A DNA stretch of 64,000 nucleotides from the UHGV virus genome UHGV-1376088. One strand, given 5' to 3'. The notes beneath the pieces are model-generated. The model did not search any database. It saw only the letters and a program-made list of their open reading frames with translations, and was not told the origin of the DNA. Source of the DNA: a virus. Position 1 is the first letter of the stretch; each line of letters opens with the position of its first letter. Of this stretch, positions 1 through 12,100 are shown in pieces. A program made the position numbers and the translations under genes.

Positions 1-1054
1 GGCCTTCCGGACCTTGAATGCCTTGGGGCCCAGGAGGGCCTTCCGGACCTTGAATACCTTTGACGCCCGATAGATCTAAAAGGAAATCCCATCCTGTTGC
101 AGTTCGAACATATAATCGGCCATTATCTTCGTCTGTATCAGGATTGCTAGAAGCTACGACTGCCATTCTACCTTCTGGCACGTCTGTATATGCTAAAAGT
201 TCCTCTTTTGTCCTAAATGTTATATAAATATTAAATGGGCTTCCTCGCTCGCCAGGAGGACCTTGTACACCTTGTACACCTTGGAACCCTCGAATACCTT
301 GAGGACCTACTGATCCGTCTCGACCACGTTGACCCTCTGGGCCTGCTGGACCTCTTTCACCTTTAAGCGAAAGTAGCCACTCCTCTTTTGTTCCCCCGTA
401 ACCATTTTCTTTGGCAATTTCGTATGCTGACTTGCCGTCTTTACCATCTGCACCTTTTGGTCCGACTGGGCCTGGTTGACCTGCCGGGCCTGTTGGCCCT
501 GGCGGACCCATAGGGCCCTCTGGACCGATCGGACCTGCTGGACCCTGGATACCCTTAACTCCCGACAAGTCTAGAAGGAATGACCAGCCATCTTCAGTTC
601 TAACATATAGGCGACCGTTATCCTCATCTGTGTCAGGATTATCGGATGAGACAACGGCCATTTCGCCTTCTTTTACTGTTTGATCTGCTTCAAGCTCGGC
701 TTTTGTTTTAAAGGTTTTACTGATGGAGAATGATTTGCCCATTTCGCCTCGTGGCCCTTGAAGCCCTTCTGCACCCGGAATACCCTGGACACCTTGTTGG
801 CCTGTAGGTCCTGGAGGGCCTTGTAACCCAGTATCACCCTTTAATGATTGTAACCACTCTTCTTTTGTGCCAGTATAGCCATTCTCTTTAGCAATTTCAT
901 ATGCCGATTTACCATCGGCTCCTTTAGGGCCCGGTACAGCTGAAGTCTCTAGGGATGCAACCTTCTCTTCTAGCTCTTTATCTTTGGACTTTAAAGTGTT
1001 TAGGCTCTGCGAAATCTTTTTAAATTGCAGTGCCATTAATTGTAAAACATTCAT
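1..1054 (-). CDS. Collagen-like tail fiber protein, partial (start codon at 1054; the C-terminus runs past the window edge). N-terminal coiled coil, then G-X-Y runs interrupted by SAYEIAKENGY.GTKEEWL.SLKG modules and two copies of a ~60-aa globular module.
   Basis: Reverse-complement translation from the ATG at 1052-1054 gives MNVLQLMALQFKK...[47 protein letters not shown]... with long Gly-X-Y runs. An AAGGT Shine-Dalgarno sits 7 nt upstream. The ORF track omits it because it is truncated by the window edge. Confidence 0.7.
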   Translation of the reverse strand, partial: MNVLQLMALQFKKISQSLNTLKSKDKELEEKVASLETSAVPGPKGADGKSAYEIAKENGYTGTKEEWLQSLKGDTGLQGPPGPTGQQGVQGIPGAEGLQGPRGEMGKSFSISKTFKTKAELEADQTVKEGEMAVVSSDNPDTDEDNGRLYVRTEDGWSFLLDLSGVKGIQGPAGPIGPEGPMGPPGPTGPAGQPGPVGPKGADGKDGKSAYEIAKENGYGGTKEEWLLSLKGERGPAGPEGQRGRDGSVGPQGIRGFQGVQGVQGPPGERGSPFNIYITFRTKEELLAYTDVPEGRMAVVASSNPDTDEDNGRLYVRTATGWDFLLDLSGVKGIQGPEGPPGPQGIQGPEG

Positions 1055-1090
1055 TTATATTACCTTTATATACGTTTAGATAGTTCGGAC

Positions 1091-1969
1091 TTAGATTTCT
1101 GAAAAGTTAACTATTTCTTCCATAAGTCCGTTAACCTTTCTGTATATAATAGAGTTTTCCTGATTACCTTCTCTGTCCAAAACTCCAACGAATGCTCCTT
1201 CTTCTATAGTAGAGTCTGCATTCATATCGTCGATAGTATTGTAGAATTTAGTAATCTTTAGAGAGAGGTCAGGAATAACTCCATTTTGACCAGTGCCAGA
1301 TGTACCTGCATCACCTTTGGGACCTGGAGGGCCTGGAGGACCTGCTGGACCAGTAGGGCCAGGATCTCCTTTAGGGCCTTTTAATGATTCTAATTGTTCG
1401 GAAGTGAAGTCTGAGAATCTGAATGGTTCACCTTTATCGCCTTTAGGTCCGGCTTGTCCATCTTGACCACGTTCACCGTTGTGGCCTTTTAGGCTTTCAA
1501 GCCATTGTGTTTCATCGCCAACAAAGCCATGTGCAACTGCGATCTCATAAGCGGATTTACCGTCTCGTCCACGCTCACCGGCATCCCCTTTTGGACCTGG
1601 TAAACCATCTACACCACGTTCGCCTTTAGGGCCAGGTAGCCCGTTTGCTCCCGCTGGTCCGGTATCGCCCTTTGGCCCCATTGGTCCTGGAGGACCTGCT
1701 GGACCTATTGGTCCTATTGGTCCTTGTGCCCCTTGTGGACCTGGACTACCACTTCCTCCGCCTCCGCCTCCGCCAGATGGAGTAACAATTGCTCGGATAG
1801 ATGCGGCTGGCACTGACGATTCAATTCTTTTGCCCTCAATCCCTCTGACTATTGAAATTAGAGCTGCAGTATCGCCATTGTCAACATTGAATGTTGAAAA
1901 TTCTTTTTTGACAGAAATTCCATTAACGAAAAAGAACGCGGCTTGTTTTAATTTTAAGTCTAGCTGCAT
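1091..1969 (-). CDS. Collagen-like tail fiber protein (292 aa) with poly-Gly and G-X-Y triple-helix repeats and a [25 protein letters not shown] module.
   Basis: The ORF-track translation contains [54 protein letters not shown]... and a second run [26 protein letters not shown]. Its start is coupled to the upstream stop by a TAATG overlap. Confidence 0.75.
   Translation of the reverse strand: MQLDLKLKQAAFFFVNGISVKKEFSTFNVDNGDTAALISIVRGIEGKRIESSVPAASIRAIVTPSGGGGGGGSGSPGPQGAQGPIGPIGPAGPPGPMGPKGDTGPAGANGLPGPKGERGVDGLPGPKGDAGERGRDGKSAYEIAVAHGFVGDETQWLESLKGHNGERGQDGQAGPKGDKGEPFRFSDFTSEQLESLKGPKGDPGPTGPAGPPGPPGPKGDAGTSGTGQNGVIPDLSLKITKFYNTIDDMNADSTIEEGAFVGVLDREGNQENSIIYRKVNGLMEEIVNFSEI
1183..1790. 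repeat. Collagen-type GGN/CCN 9-nt periodic coding repeat, including the (cctccg)n poly-Gly codon run at about 1754-1774.
   Basis: Direct reading of the sequence: repeated ggacc/tggac/cctgg triplet periodicity and the cctccgcctccgcctccgcc run. Confidence 0.7.
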
Positions 1970-3705
1970 TATGCCACCTTAATTAAAATTCTGGATACAT
2001 TAGGTTTAGTGTATCCGTCCAAGGTTTTCATTCTTATCTTAATTCTGGCAGTATTAATAATAGCATTCTTTTGTCTGGCAGCTACATATAGAGCTTTTAC
2101 ATTCTCTGATGTTTTTAGCTGATACCCATTTTCGGATTTACTAGTATTGATATCTTTGCCGTATTCTAGTTCTCTACCAAGGATATACTTAAGCGATAGA
2201 ACAATAGAGGTGAATGGGTTTTTCTCCCAGTCTTCATCTATGATTGTATGTTCTTCGCCGGCCGTGTCCACAACCCTAAACTCCCCGGATTTAAAAGAAA
2301 CTAGAGTATATTTAGTTACGTCATAAATTTCGACATAATTGTCAGCAGGGAATGACAAACTATTAAACCCTGTGTAGATAGTGGATTCACCTGAGAATGG
2401 TACACCGTTTACAAAATATGTATCTTTAAAGTTGATAACTTTTTCTGAAATTGCTATACCTGAAGCTGATACTACATTACCCTTTACGGATATAGGGTTA
2501 GTAGCATCGTAATATTTGAATATATTAGTTTCAAGTAATGCTGGTTCTATCTCAGTCGTGAAAGTGTTCCCATCAGAACTTCTAGTATGGGAGTGTAGCG
2601 TAACAATGTTATTATCAGAATAGTCATTTATTGGTAAAATACTCCTAATTGACCTACCAGTTTTTGATAGTTTTCGAAGAGGTTTAATATCTTTATATGC
2701 GCCGCCATTGATTGAAATCTGGTAATGCATATCGACATTTTTAGACTGGTAATTATCACAAGTGTCTATTGCAACAAACTCTCCGGTGGCCCTAATAGGA
2801 ATATCGCCTGTGACATATTCTGTCGGTGTAGAATATCTTTTTACTGCTATATGAAAAGAGCTTATATCTATATTGTAAATATATCTTCCAGACATATAGT
2901 CAGAGTGTTTATCAAGCTCTATGACTATACGGACATAGCGATCATTTGTTTCACCAATTGATTCATTTAGACTATTTGTCAGGATTCTATCTGTTATCCT
3001 ATTATATTTAACAGAGTCATTACTCGTGTAAATAGTGTAGACGTATGCCTTTTTTGTTTTCAACTGAATATTGTTAAAAACGCCATACTCTTTTCTATCT
3101 ATGTCTAATATAAAACTTTTAGTTCCGCCATTTTGTGACGAATAAGATATTGTTGAACTAATATTTGAATTCAGTACAGTTCGATTTTGAGCTGTACCGC
3201 CATTAATAGTCCATACCAGATCAATCTTCTTATTACCCTCAAAGATATAGCATGAGACACCAGAGTTGGTATTATTGGAAATAGTAAAGGACTCAGACTT
3301 ATCGAACGTATCAGATTCTTTTACGCCGATAATCTTTCCTCCATCTACATAGGCAGTTGTCTCATCCTCAATGTAGGATATTGAGGATGGCGAATAATAA
3401 ACTGCCTTTGTGTATTTCGTAATAGACCTATCTGCAACATTTGCAGCTTTTGCATCTGAAGATGCTTTAGCCAGTCTTGTCTTTATGTCTCTTACATAGT
3501 CAGATGATTTAATTTCAAACTTTTCTATGCGCGGCATTAATTCATCCATTTTATCTTGATTACAAAACAGAATGTCATACCACTCTTTTAGAATTTTATT
3601 TAATCCAGCTTCAGTATATTCACTGCCAATGTCTGGGATTTCAGTTCCAGCAGATGAAGCTTGGAATGAATTTAAATTGTAAATTGCTTCTTCTACTTTA
3701 TTCAT
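1969..3705 (-). CDS. Hypothetical virion protein (578 aa), probably a tail fiber or baseplate-distal component.
   Basis: Long ORF in an operon with the fiber genes. It is Ser/Thr/Asn-rich and beta-rich, as is typical of fiber or receptor-binding proteins. No catalytic motif recognised. Confidence 0.45.
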   Translation of the reverse strand: MNKVEEAIYNLNSFQASSAGTEIPDIGSEYTEAGLNKILKEWYDILFCNQDKMDELMPRIEKFEIKSSDYVRDIKTRLAKASSDAKAANVADRSITKYTKAVYYSPSSISYIEDETTAYVDGGKIIGVKESDTFDKSESFTISNNTNSGVSCYIFEGNKKIDLVWTINGGTAQNRTVLNSNISSTISYSSQNGGTKSFILDIDRKEYGVFNNIQLKTKKAYVYTIYTSNDSVKYNRITDRILTNSLNESIGETNDRYVRIVIELDKHSDYMSGRYIYNIDISSFHIAVKRYSTPTEYVTGDIPIRATGEFVAIDTCDNYQSKNVDMHYQISINGGAYKDIKPLRKLSKTGRSIRSILPINDYSDNNIVTLHSHTRSSDGNTFTTEIEPALLETNIFKYYDATNPISVKGNVVSASGIAISEKVINFKDTYFVNGVPFSGESTIYTGFNSLSFPADNYVEIYDVTKYTLVSFKSGEFRVVDTAGEEHTIIDEDWEKNPFTSIVLSLKYILGRELEYGKDINTSKSENGYQLKTSENVKALYVAARQKNAIINTARIKIRMKTLDGYTKPNVSRILIKVA

Positions 3706-3706
3706 T

Positions 3707-6334
3707 TTATACCGTTACTGTGTTTAATATTAAATTCTTCAATGTTGGTGAGCGCAAAATTTCTGCGCTTTTATCTGTCTTGCTTTCTGATAAAACGACA
3801 TATTCAGTATCGATTGTTGCGTCTTTTAGTTCTATATTACGCTCATTTACTGAATATGATTTTTTATTAAGAACCTTAATAGGAAAGCCCGATATGAAGA
3901 TATTCGAGTATATATATTCTACTTCTGATTCCCCACTAATCGTAGATTGAGAATACAGCATACCGTTTGTATAGTCAATAGAGTATAACCCGCTAGAGCC
4001 ATTTGAATCCGCCACTGAGACAGATATAAATGTGTCTATAATGTCATCTGTTTTGACACCATTTGGTAGCTGAACGAATGTCTCATTGCCTACATCTTCT
4101 AGCATATAGTCTCCACGATAGATAAGTTCATCCTTGCTAAAGACTTTTGAGTTTAGTTGCTCAACGCCGCCAGTTACCTCGATATCTTCGAAGTGATTTA
4201 TAAGTCTTCCAAGGCTAAATCTATTTGCAGATTTAGGAATAAGAATACTTGCCTTACTAGAAGATTTGAATTCATCGATACCATTAATGTATGGAACTTC
4301 CTTTACAAATGATAAAAGTGATGATGCTTTATTTGTAAACTTTAGGCCGCCCTTTAGTAGTCCAGAATGTTTGAGTTTTGCAGATGTTTGCCCATCAAAT
4401 TTTGATAGTCTCTCTTTGGATTTCGAGAATTTAGCTTCCTCTGTATATAAGTCAATACCATTAATATTGGATCTCATAACCAATGGGATTTCTTCATAGT
4501 TTATATACATCCCATTTACAATAGCGGCATGAGAAGACGAATAAAATCTTCCGTCTATAATTGTAAATTCACTCTCGTTTAATCCTACTTCTGGGTATCT
4601 GCTATTGAATGTTACATTAATAGCGGTTTTATCTGAACTTGTCGGCAATGTTACTGTGAAGTAATCCAGAAGGTTTATAGTTTTCCCCGGATCGAATTCC
4701 ATAACCTTTTTGCCAAATGGGTCTGTAAGGGATACCACTTTATCTGATGGCATAAATACCCATTCGTAACAAGATGTAAATGCACCCAATGTCAAATTGA
4801 TTCTTCTAGTATTCTCTCCGTCTGTTAAAGTGTATATACCTGCAGGCTCTGTAAATGGGATTACCATATTATTACTGTCAGATATTCTAACCTCTCTATT
4901 TACCGGAAGAGATGCCTTATATGCCTTAGCAGATTTCGGATCAATATTATATGGAGGAACAATTCTATATACTTCCCCGCCCTCGATTGCACACTTAATC
5001 TTGGTAGCTCTTATCGTTGCCCTTGTTATGCCTTTTATCGGGACGACTGTTTTAATAATATTGTCAGACTCCGATTTGATTGAACTAATCGAATCTACAA
5101 GATCAGGATTATCGTTATATAGGAAGTATGAACCACGCTCTCCAAACTGATACCCTAGCCTTTCCGCAACTATATATTTGTCAGATAGATCAAATGGCAC
5201 TTGTATTACTGGAGATTGCTGACTTACTTGTTGTATATGTCTATCAATATTAGATGCAACCAATGGTAAACTATGTTTACTACCAGTCATTCTTATTCTA
5301 AGGAATAGTGTAGTAACCGGTGTTTTTGTATTAATTGAATCTTCAGATTTAGTATTGAAATCCAAATGCTTAGGATAATCGCTAACTGAAAACGGTGTTG
5401 ATACCTGATACCATGTTGAAGAATCATTGCTTATCTCAAAGGCAATATTTTCAAATGAATATTTATCAGTAGGAATAGATCCGGCGATTGATGCTTTTAA
5501 TACTTCGTCTTTCTGTGTGATTGGGCCAAATACAATTTCACCATGCTCTATTGATGTTGCAATTCCAATAGACAAATTTCTGATACCTATTGCGTATCTT
5601 ATTTGTCCGCTCTTTGATGTATATGGATTGTTTTGTAAGAATGACAGTTTAACAGATGTTGCATTAACACCAGGAAAACTTATTTGAGACACTCCGTTTA
5701 TTTCCTGAACAGAAAAATCGGAGCGGTAGAATCGCTTCCCGTCTTGAGAAACTTCAAGATACATAACGGTCGGTTTATCAATTCCGTACTCAGAATGAGT
5801 TAATGCTATTCTATTAACTTGGCTTATATCTCGCAAATTAATTGTAACAACCGCCGTAATAGCAGAATCGAATTTCTCTACTTCATACTGTGTTTCAGAT
5901 ATGATCGTATTCTTATTGTTATATCTAGGTATATCGAAGTCTGCAGAATTACCTTCTTGTCCATTGGTGTTGATTTTTACATCTACAATAGGAACTGGGG
6001 AGAATGTTTTTGTTTCTAGCGAAATGGTACTTTCACTTATAATGATTCCACTATTTTTAAGGATAGGCATATTATTAATGCCAAATTGCTTATTAGTATT
6101 TCCGCTTACAGTAGAAACAGTTAGATACAAGTCAGAGACCTCAGACATCTGCTCTCTTACATCAGAAACGCCTTCTGCGAACTTACCGATAGCCATAGCT
6201 ATTCTATTGTTCGAATCATTAACAGAGGCAGCTAGTTTATTGCCTCTTTCTCTAATATCCGATAATAGTTGTTCTCTCCATCCAGGAAGACGTTTTGAAT
6301 AAATGGAGTATGAACTAAAATAGTCTTTTATCAT
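3707..6334 (-). CDS. Hypothetical large virion protein (875 aa), tail fiber or baseplate-associated.
   Basis: Long ORF tightly coupled to its neighbours. The composition suggests a beta-rich structural protein. No specific motif recognised. Confidence 0.45.
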   Translation of the reverse strand: MIKDYFSSYSIYSKRLPGWREQLLSDIRERGNKLAASVNDSNNRIAMAIGKFAEGVSDVREQMSEVSDLYLTVSTVSGNTNKQFGINNMPILKNSGIIISESTISLETKTFSPVPIVDVKINTNGQEGNSADFDIPRYNNKNTIISETQYEVEKFDSAITAVVTINLRDISQVNRIALTHSEYGIDKPTVMYLEVSQDGKRFYRSDFSVQEINGVSQISFPGVNATSVKLSFLQNNPYTSKSGQIRYAIGIRNLSIGIATSIEHGEIVFGPITQKDEVLKASIAGSIPTDKYSFENIAFEISNDSSTWYQVSTPFSVSDYPKHLDFNTKSEDSINTKTPVTTLFLRIRMTGSKHSLPLVASNIDRHIQQVSQQSPVIQVPFDLSDKYIVAERLGYQFGERGSYFLYNDNPDLVDSISSIKSESDNIIKTVVPIKGITRATIRATKIKCAIEGGEVYRIVPPYNIDPKSAKAYKASLPVNREVRISDSNNMVIPFTEPAGIYTLTDGENTRRINLTLGAFTSCYEWVFMPSDKVVSLTDPFGKKVMEFDPGKTINLLDYFTVTLPTSSDKTAINVTFNSRYPEVGLNESEFTIIDGRFYSSSHAAIVNGMYINYEEIPLVMRSNINGIDLYTEEAKFSKSKERLSKFDGQTSAKLKHSGLLKGGLKFTNKASSLLSFVKEVPYINGIDEFKSSSKASILIPKSANRFSLGRLINHFEDIEVTGGVEQLNSKVFSKDELIYRGDYMLEDVGNETFVQLPNGVKTDDIIDTFISVSVADSNGSSGLYSIDYTNGMLYSQSTISGESEVEYIYSNIFISGFPIKVLNKKSYSVNERNIELKDATIDTEYVVLSESKTDKSAEILRSPTLKNLILNTVTV

Positions 6335-7119
6335 TTCGATATAATTCCAACGTACTTGATGTTAGGCTCAGACTTATCTGGGTCAATTACAATAGCGTCT
6401 AAATAACAGGCTATTTTATAAACATCATTATTTAAAATTCTAATTGAGTTGTTTTCATCGATAGATATATTCTCATTTCTATAAAGCCCTCCATTGTAAT
6501 CTGGGGATGCAATATATAGGCAAGACTCATCTCTATCTTGAATTTTCCCGTCTTTTATTACAACTTCATCTTTACTAACCATCCCGCCTCTGTACTTATA
6601 GGTATTTGATAGTTTATATTTAGGCTTCTCATTGCCAATAACTATCTCTCTTGTTTTGCCTAGCCCTAGAGTAACTTTCTCATTCATTAACTCTACACCA
6701 GAGCGAGAATATCCAGTTATATCAATATTCCCGGATATAATTGCAGTCTCTAAATCTTCGCCTTTTATAACAATATTTAATGATCCAGAGCTGAGGATTT
6801 CTGTCCTTTTTGTTCTTAAAGATGCAATATCATTTGACGAAATTCGGTTAGCATCAATATCAATAAATTTAGATAAAGAGTCACCATCTTCGATATGTTC
6901 ATGGATAATTGATACCTCAATTGCCATTGAGTTTTTATGTTTGTTCTTAATAACAACGGGCTCATCGATTGCCATAGGGAATGACACTACAGGACTTGCA
7001 TTCCCCATCGAGTCAATTGCTGTAATTGAGGATACAGTTACGTCTCTTACATTAGGACGAATTATAATCCTATTGAAGAATGATACGCCCGGGCGGAGTG
7101 TTTCTCTTAATTCCTTCAT
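6331..7119 (-). CDS. Hypothetical virion protein (262 aa).
   Basis: ORF with a 4-nt overlap to its neighbour, embedded in the structural operon. Confidence 0.45.
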   Translation of the reverse strand: MKELRETLRPGVSFFNRIIIRPNVRDVTVSSITAIDSMGNASPVVSFPMAIDEPVVIKNKHKNSMAIEVSIIHEHIEDGDSLSKFIDIDANRISSNDIASLRTKRTEILSSGSLNIVIKGEDLETAIISGNIDITGYSRSGVELMNEKVTLGLGKTREIVIGNEKPKYKLSNTYKYRGGMVSKDEVVIKDGKIQDRDESCLYIASPDYNGGLYRNENISIDENNSIRILNNDVYKIACYLDAIVIDPDKSEPNIKYVGIISK

Positions 7120-7505
7120 GCAAAATACCTTTCATCATACGGAGGCATAACATACGCTTCGTCAATTGTTGAATAAATCATACCTCCATTGGCCGATGTA
7201 TCAATTTCCATAATAGCGTAATGACCGGCGTCTTCGGATGAGAGATTGCTCCCTTGTATAAAGTCAGATCCGCTTTTAATAATACCAAGCTTTTCGATAT
7301 ATCCGTTATGCCATTTCTCTAGGTCGGATTCAATTCTATCCATTGACTCTAGAATAAAGTCAGACGAAGATGTAGCAGTCTCTCCGAATCTTGAGATCTC
7401 TTTGGTCACATAAGAGATGCTAATTCCATCTAGGTCTTTTATGTCTTTTATATTAAGCTCATCATTAACGTAGTTAAACTGATGGTTTTGTATAAACTCT
7501 TTCAT
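7116..7505 (-). CDS. Hypothetical virion protein (129 aa).
   Basis: ORF coupled by overlap to both neighbours. Confidence 0.4.
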   Translation of the reverse strand: MKEFIQNHQFNYVNDELNIKDIKDLDGISISYVTKEISRFGETATSSSDFILESMDRIESDLEKWHNGYIEKLGIIKSGSDFIQGSNLSSEDAGHYAIMEIDTSANGGMIYSTIDEAYVMPPYDERYFA

Positions 7506-9199
7506 TATTGACCTTTCGGAATTTTAGATAAATGGATATACTCTGCTGTTATTCTTCCTATAGGGTAATCGGATTTTTTAGCATTGATATAAGTTTTACC
7601 ATCAATCTCTTTAGAGGCGGTCTCTACTAGGATTTCTCTGTGTGTATTATATGTATTAACTAAGCATAGTTTAGAATTTTGGCCAAGAAAAATAGGAATA
7701 TTACGTCTATGGAAACGGCCATCATCATCATCGACAAAATCAACATCTGTTTCTTTTTCTGTGTTTTCTATTTCTACAAGTATATCTGATTCTGTTTCTC
7801 TAATAACAATAGGGTAACCGGCTGCTAAATTAGCGTCTATTACGGTTACATTTGAATTTATTGACTGTGGAGTGTAATCAGCTAAGACTATTCTGGAATA
7901 CGATAATTTTGGTATTCTCAAATCTCTTATACCGGCGCTTCCCTGTACAGGCATAGCCCTTCTCCCAGAGACAGCATAATCTAGGCTGTGCTTTTTAATT
8001 CGTATTTCAGCTATTTCTAGCACGGTATCTTTTTCTAGTTCCGGTGCAGATTGAAATAATGATCGTGGAGATTCTGATTTTTTACTATTGCTACCTACAC
8101 TGTATTGCACACCGGTTGCCGAATCTGACGTAATCAACACTGCTGCCGGCGAAGAATAGTCTATTCCGGTTAATGTAGAGTAGATGCAAACACCAAATCT
8201 ATCAAATGCAGAGAATAATAACTCCGTATTTAAAAAGTCTTCTGCCCCGCCCTTCACAATAGAGTATGGAGTTGCATAAACTTTAACTACAGATGATTTT
8301 CTAATCACATCCAATGGTATAGATGCGAAATTGTTTATCGGTTCGATATACTCATATTCGACATCTATTGATTTTAATGACGGATCAACAAGGATAAACC
8401 CTTGATTGTATACTACATTTTTATCGTCATGAGATTTAACGGAATTAATATATCTATGCGGCAATTTGGCCACGCCAGAATTTACAGGAACTGCTGCGTT
8501 ATTTGTTTTAATTACGGATGCTACAAACTCTGGAGATTGAAATCTATACTTTGTCTTAAGTCCATTAACCAAAGCAATTCTATCGCTAGAGTATTCATTC
8601 GCAAAGATGCCTACTATTGGGCTATTAGGATTAGTGTATTCATGCACTGTTGCAATTTCACCTGATACACTAGAGAATGAAACATTTTGATTTTTACACC
8701 TGATAATATATTCGCCAGATGCATCTTGAGATACGGAATATGTCCTATTGTCAATAGACTTAATAGCATTCAAAAAGTGATTGGATTCTTTTACAAATAC
8801 AGGAATCCCTATTTCACGCAATTCTATATTTCCATACTTAACATTTAGATATGGGACATCACTATAAATCCATTTATCGTCTTTCGTCCAGTTCTTTGCA
8901 GTTACAATAGGCTCCCCTCTCAACTGGTATTTATACCATAGTGGAAATCCATTGTGGACAATATCCGTAATTAGAATATCGGGACTGCTAGATCGAATAG
9001 CTATCCCTGATATAGATTTTGATTCAAGTCTGACAAATCTAAGTCTGTCTACTTGGCTTTTGTGTTTGATTTCAACTAGGGAACCATTCAATGGGGATGT
9101 ATCAACAGCCACGACAGCATTTCTGCTGTCTGTGGCTTGTTGAAATTCTGCTGAATGCTTTTTCCCTACAATTGAAATATTGTAGGTTATTGTTGTCAT
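7505..9199 (-). CDS. Hypothetical virion protein (564 aa), tail fiber or baseplate-associated.
   Basis: Long ORF in the fiber/baseplate region. No motif recognised. Confidence 0.45.
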   Translation of the reverse strand: MTTITYNISIVGKKHSAEFQQATDSRNAVVAVDTSPLNGSLVEIKHKSQVDRLRFVRLESKSISGIAIRSSSPDILITDIVHNGFPLWYKYQLRGEPIVTAKNWTKDDKWIYSDVPYLNVKYGNIELREIGIPVFVKESNHFLNAIKSIDNRTYSVSQDASGEYIIRCKNQNVSFSSVSGEIATVHEYTNPNSPIVGIFANEYSSDRIALVNGLKTKYRFQSPEFVASVIKTNNAAVPVNSGVAKLPHRYINSVKSHDDKNVVYNQGFILVDPSLKSIDVEYEYIEPINNFASIPLDVIRKSSVVKVYATPYSIVKGGAEDFLNTELLFSAFDRFGVCIYSTLTGIDYSSPAAVLITSDSATGVQYSVGSNSKKSESPRSLFQSAPELEKDTVLEIAEIRIKKHSLDYAVSGRRAMPVQGSAGIRDLRIPKLSYSRIVLADYTPQSINSNVTVIDANLAAGYPIVIRETESDILVEIENTEKETDVDFVDDDDGRFHRRNIPIFLGQNSKLCLVNTYNTHREILVETASKEIDGKTYINAKKSDYPIGRITAEYIHLSKIPKGQ

Positions 9200-12100
9200 G
9201 GAGCGTATTTTGCCCTTCTTGCAATAATGTTTAGAACAGATTTATTATTCAGCTCGTTCTTCGATTTCTCATTCTCAACTACCTCAATACCACTTACGAA
9301 GAGTGTACCAAGACAGTATAAGTTACCATTTGCAACCATGGAGTCTTCGATGTAGGCATTATTAATTGTCGTGAATTTTTTACGACTTAAGTTGTTCGCC
9401 TCTCTAGACATTGCTGCATTAGAGGAAGTAATTGGGACTGTTTTTGTTGCATCGCCTCTTATGCTATTTACAGACATCGAATCCGTTTTTATCAGTGAGG
9501 CTTCACCATTCATAACGATGGTGTTATTCTCAATGATAACGCCTGATCTTTCACTACCTGTCATTATAGCACCAGATACACCCATTTTGCCAGACACGCT
9601 AACTGTAGAGTTGAACCTGGTTTCACCGGCAAAGCTGTTAATCTCAGATGCACCAATTTGTGTTACACCTCTAGAGACATTAACCTGTCCAAGAGTAGCA
9701 GTTGATGCTGGAACTGAGGTTATATCGCCTTGAAGGCTTATACCACCCGATACGATAAGGTCTTTTTCTACAATCGCCTTATCCCTGATATAAACGCTGT
9801 TCAGGTCTGCCTGTTTATCAATGATAATACCGCCCTTAAACTCTGACTGAGCCTCTGCGCGTATTGTTTTAACGTTAGCAATCCCCTCTACCTCTAGGTT
9901 ACCTTTTGCTTTAATTGAACCTTCAACATTTATTTTAGAGTTAAAGGTAGTCTCACCAGATATTGTAACCTTATCAGTCATCAATACTTCACCGGAGAAT
10001 GTAGATTTTTCATTACCGAATATTACATCGCCGGCAATAGTGATACTATCTCCTTGCTGACCGATATTGGAGTTGCCCAATAAAGTAGCACCTTTGTCTG
10101 CTCTTAACTGTCCGTCTGAAACAATGTCTCCTTTAGCGTATATGTTTCCGGCCGAGCTAATATTCTCTTTAATATCTAATGCTGAAAACTCTGCACTAGA
10201 TTTAGAGTTAATTGGCCCGTCTATCTCTAGACCTGCCTTAGCTTTAATTGAGGAGTTAAAATTAGATTGACCGATTACTTCTAATTCGGCCTTAATCGAA
10301 ACCGGCGCCGACATTTCAACATCGCCGAGGAAGATATTTCGGTTATTATTGAATGTAGCATTAGAGAGAACATTTAGCTTGTCATTTTCATCTGACCCGA
10401 TATATGCATCTCCGTTTAGCTGAACCTTGCCTCCAACATACATATCGCCCTGTATAGAAGTATCTTTTTCTATACTTAGCATTAAGGCAGTTGCTGTTCC
10501 AGTGTACCGCGCGTTGGTTGCAGTTACGTCTCCGTCTGCGGTCAAGTTTCCGTTTGTAACAAAGTCGCCAGTACCAGAGATACCGGCTCTAGCATCAAGC
10601 TTATTAACTACAGATAACTGTCCAATGGTTGCTACATTGAATTTGGCTGAATCACCATTCACACCACCTGTTGTTGATATTGTTCCGGCACCAGTGAATC
10701 CAGCTCTAGAGTAAATATCTCCTTCGATATTTATCTGTTTTGAGAATGTTGCAGGACCAGAGAATATTGCACTAGACTGAATAGCAAGTTCATTTGCAGA
10801 AAGTCTATTTTTTGAAGAAATAGATCCACCGACTGATAATCCAGATGTGATCTCTACATCTTCTGTGAAGTCAACTTTTCCGGTAAATCTTGAATTTCCG
10901 GATACCTCAATTTCTTTTGTTGAGACTTTTGTTCTAAATTCGCCGCTCTCTGCGCTTATGTAACCTGCGGCATCTATATTACCGTTTAGACCGATATTCT
11001 TATCGATTGATGCAGAACCGAAGACTTTCAACTGACCTGTTGTTACTTCAGAGTATGACAGGTTAGAGCAGTTCATTTCTCCTGCTCTTGTTTCCGCAAA
11101 CACTACGCCATTTCTAGACTCAACAACCAGCCATCCAGGAGGACAGTCCGCATCAGCGCCTGTTGCATAGATGTTTGCGTCTGGACCGATATGAAGACCT
11201 TGTCTCTCTTTTAGAGAAGACTCTCTTACTTTAATACCATAAAAGTCGCCAATACCAGCGAAGGTGTTTGCTCTAGGCATTAGGGTTAGATTATCTAGCC
11301 TTGTTGCCCCGTCTTTTGCAAGTTCACCAAAACCATACTTGGTTCCGAAAATACTGTTAATTTTCGTGGTGTCTTTTAGGAAGTATAAGTCACCGTTGCC
11401 AGTTTCGAAGTAGGTGTCATGGTCAGTTTGCGTTGCCTGTCCGCCGTTTTCTGCTGAAACATAAACGTTAGCAAACGGTAAGCCTTCTTGACGCTGATAG
11501 CGGATACCGGTGTTCTTACCAGACTCTTCGATGGTTAAAGGCTTCTTGCCTCCAATTGTCGCAGAACCATTCACACTCTTAATTGAGCTTGAGTCGTCTT
11601 CACCAAATTTAATTGCGCCGTCACCAGAGATGGCAATAGATGTAGGATTAAAGGATTTCGCTGCTAATTTATCAAATGCAACTGGAACCTTAAATTCTAC
11701 TGATGCATCTGTATCCTCTGATGATACTTCAACCTTATTTCCATCTTGGCTGCGGAAGTCAACTTTTGCTACCTTAATACCACCTGTGCCTTTAGTAGCA
11801 AGTGTACCAGAAATTGACGCATCCTGAACAGAAATGCCTTTCGCTTCAATTGAAGCCAATTCTTCTTCTGTTTTAGATACTTTAACCAGTCCGTCCTTTG
11901 CTCTAATGTTAAGAGTATTTTTGGTATCACCTTTATCGCCTGTTGAATAGATTTTATTTCCATCAAATTCAATAGCAGTGGCGTATAGGTTTTTCTCTTC
12001 ACTAGGCAGACTATGGGTGTTGATCTTAAGACCAGAGTTTGTACCGAATAATTTTATACCTTGGAAGTCTTTGTCATACATCAGCGATGCGCCGGTAGCA

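Noticed and set aside
1055-1090. TATATAAAGG upstream of the collagen gene as a T4-type late promoter (TATAAATA).
   Set aside because: Not an exact match. No other intergenic region in the window carries the consensus. It is more simply explained as AT-rich spacer plus an AAGGT Shine-Dalgarno.
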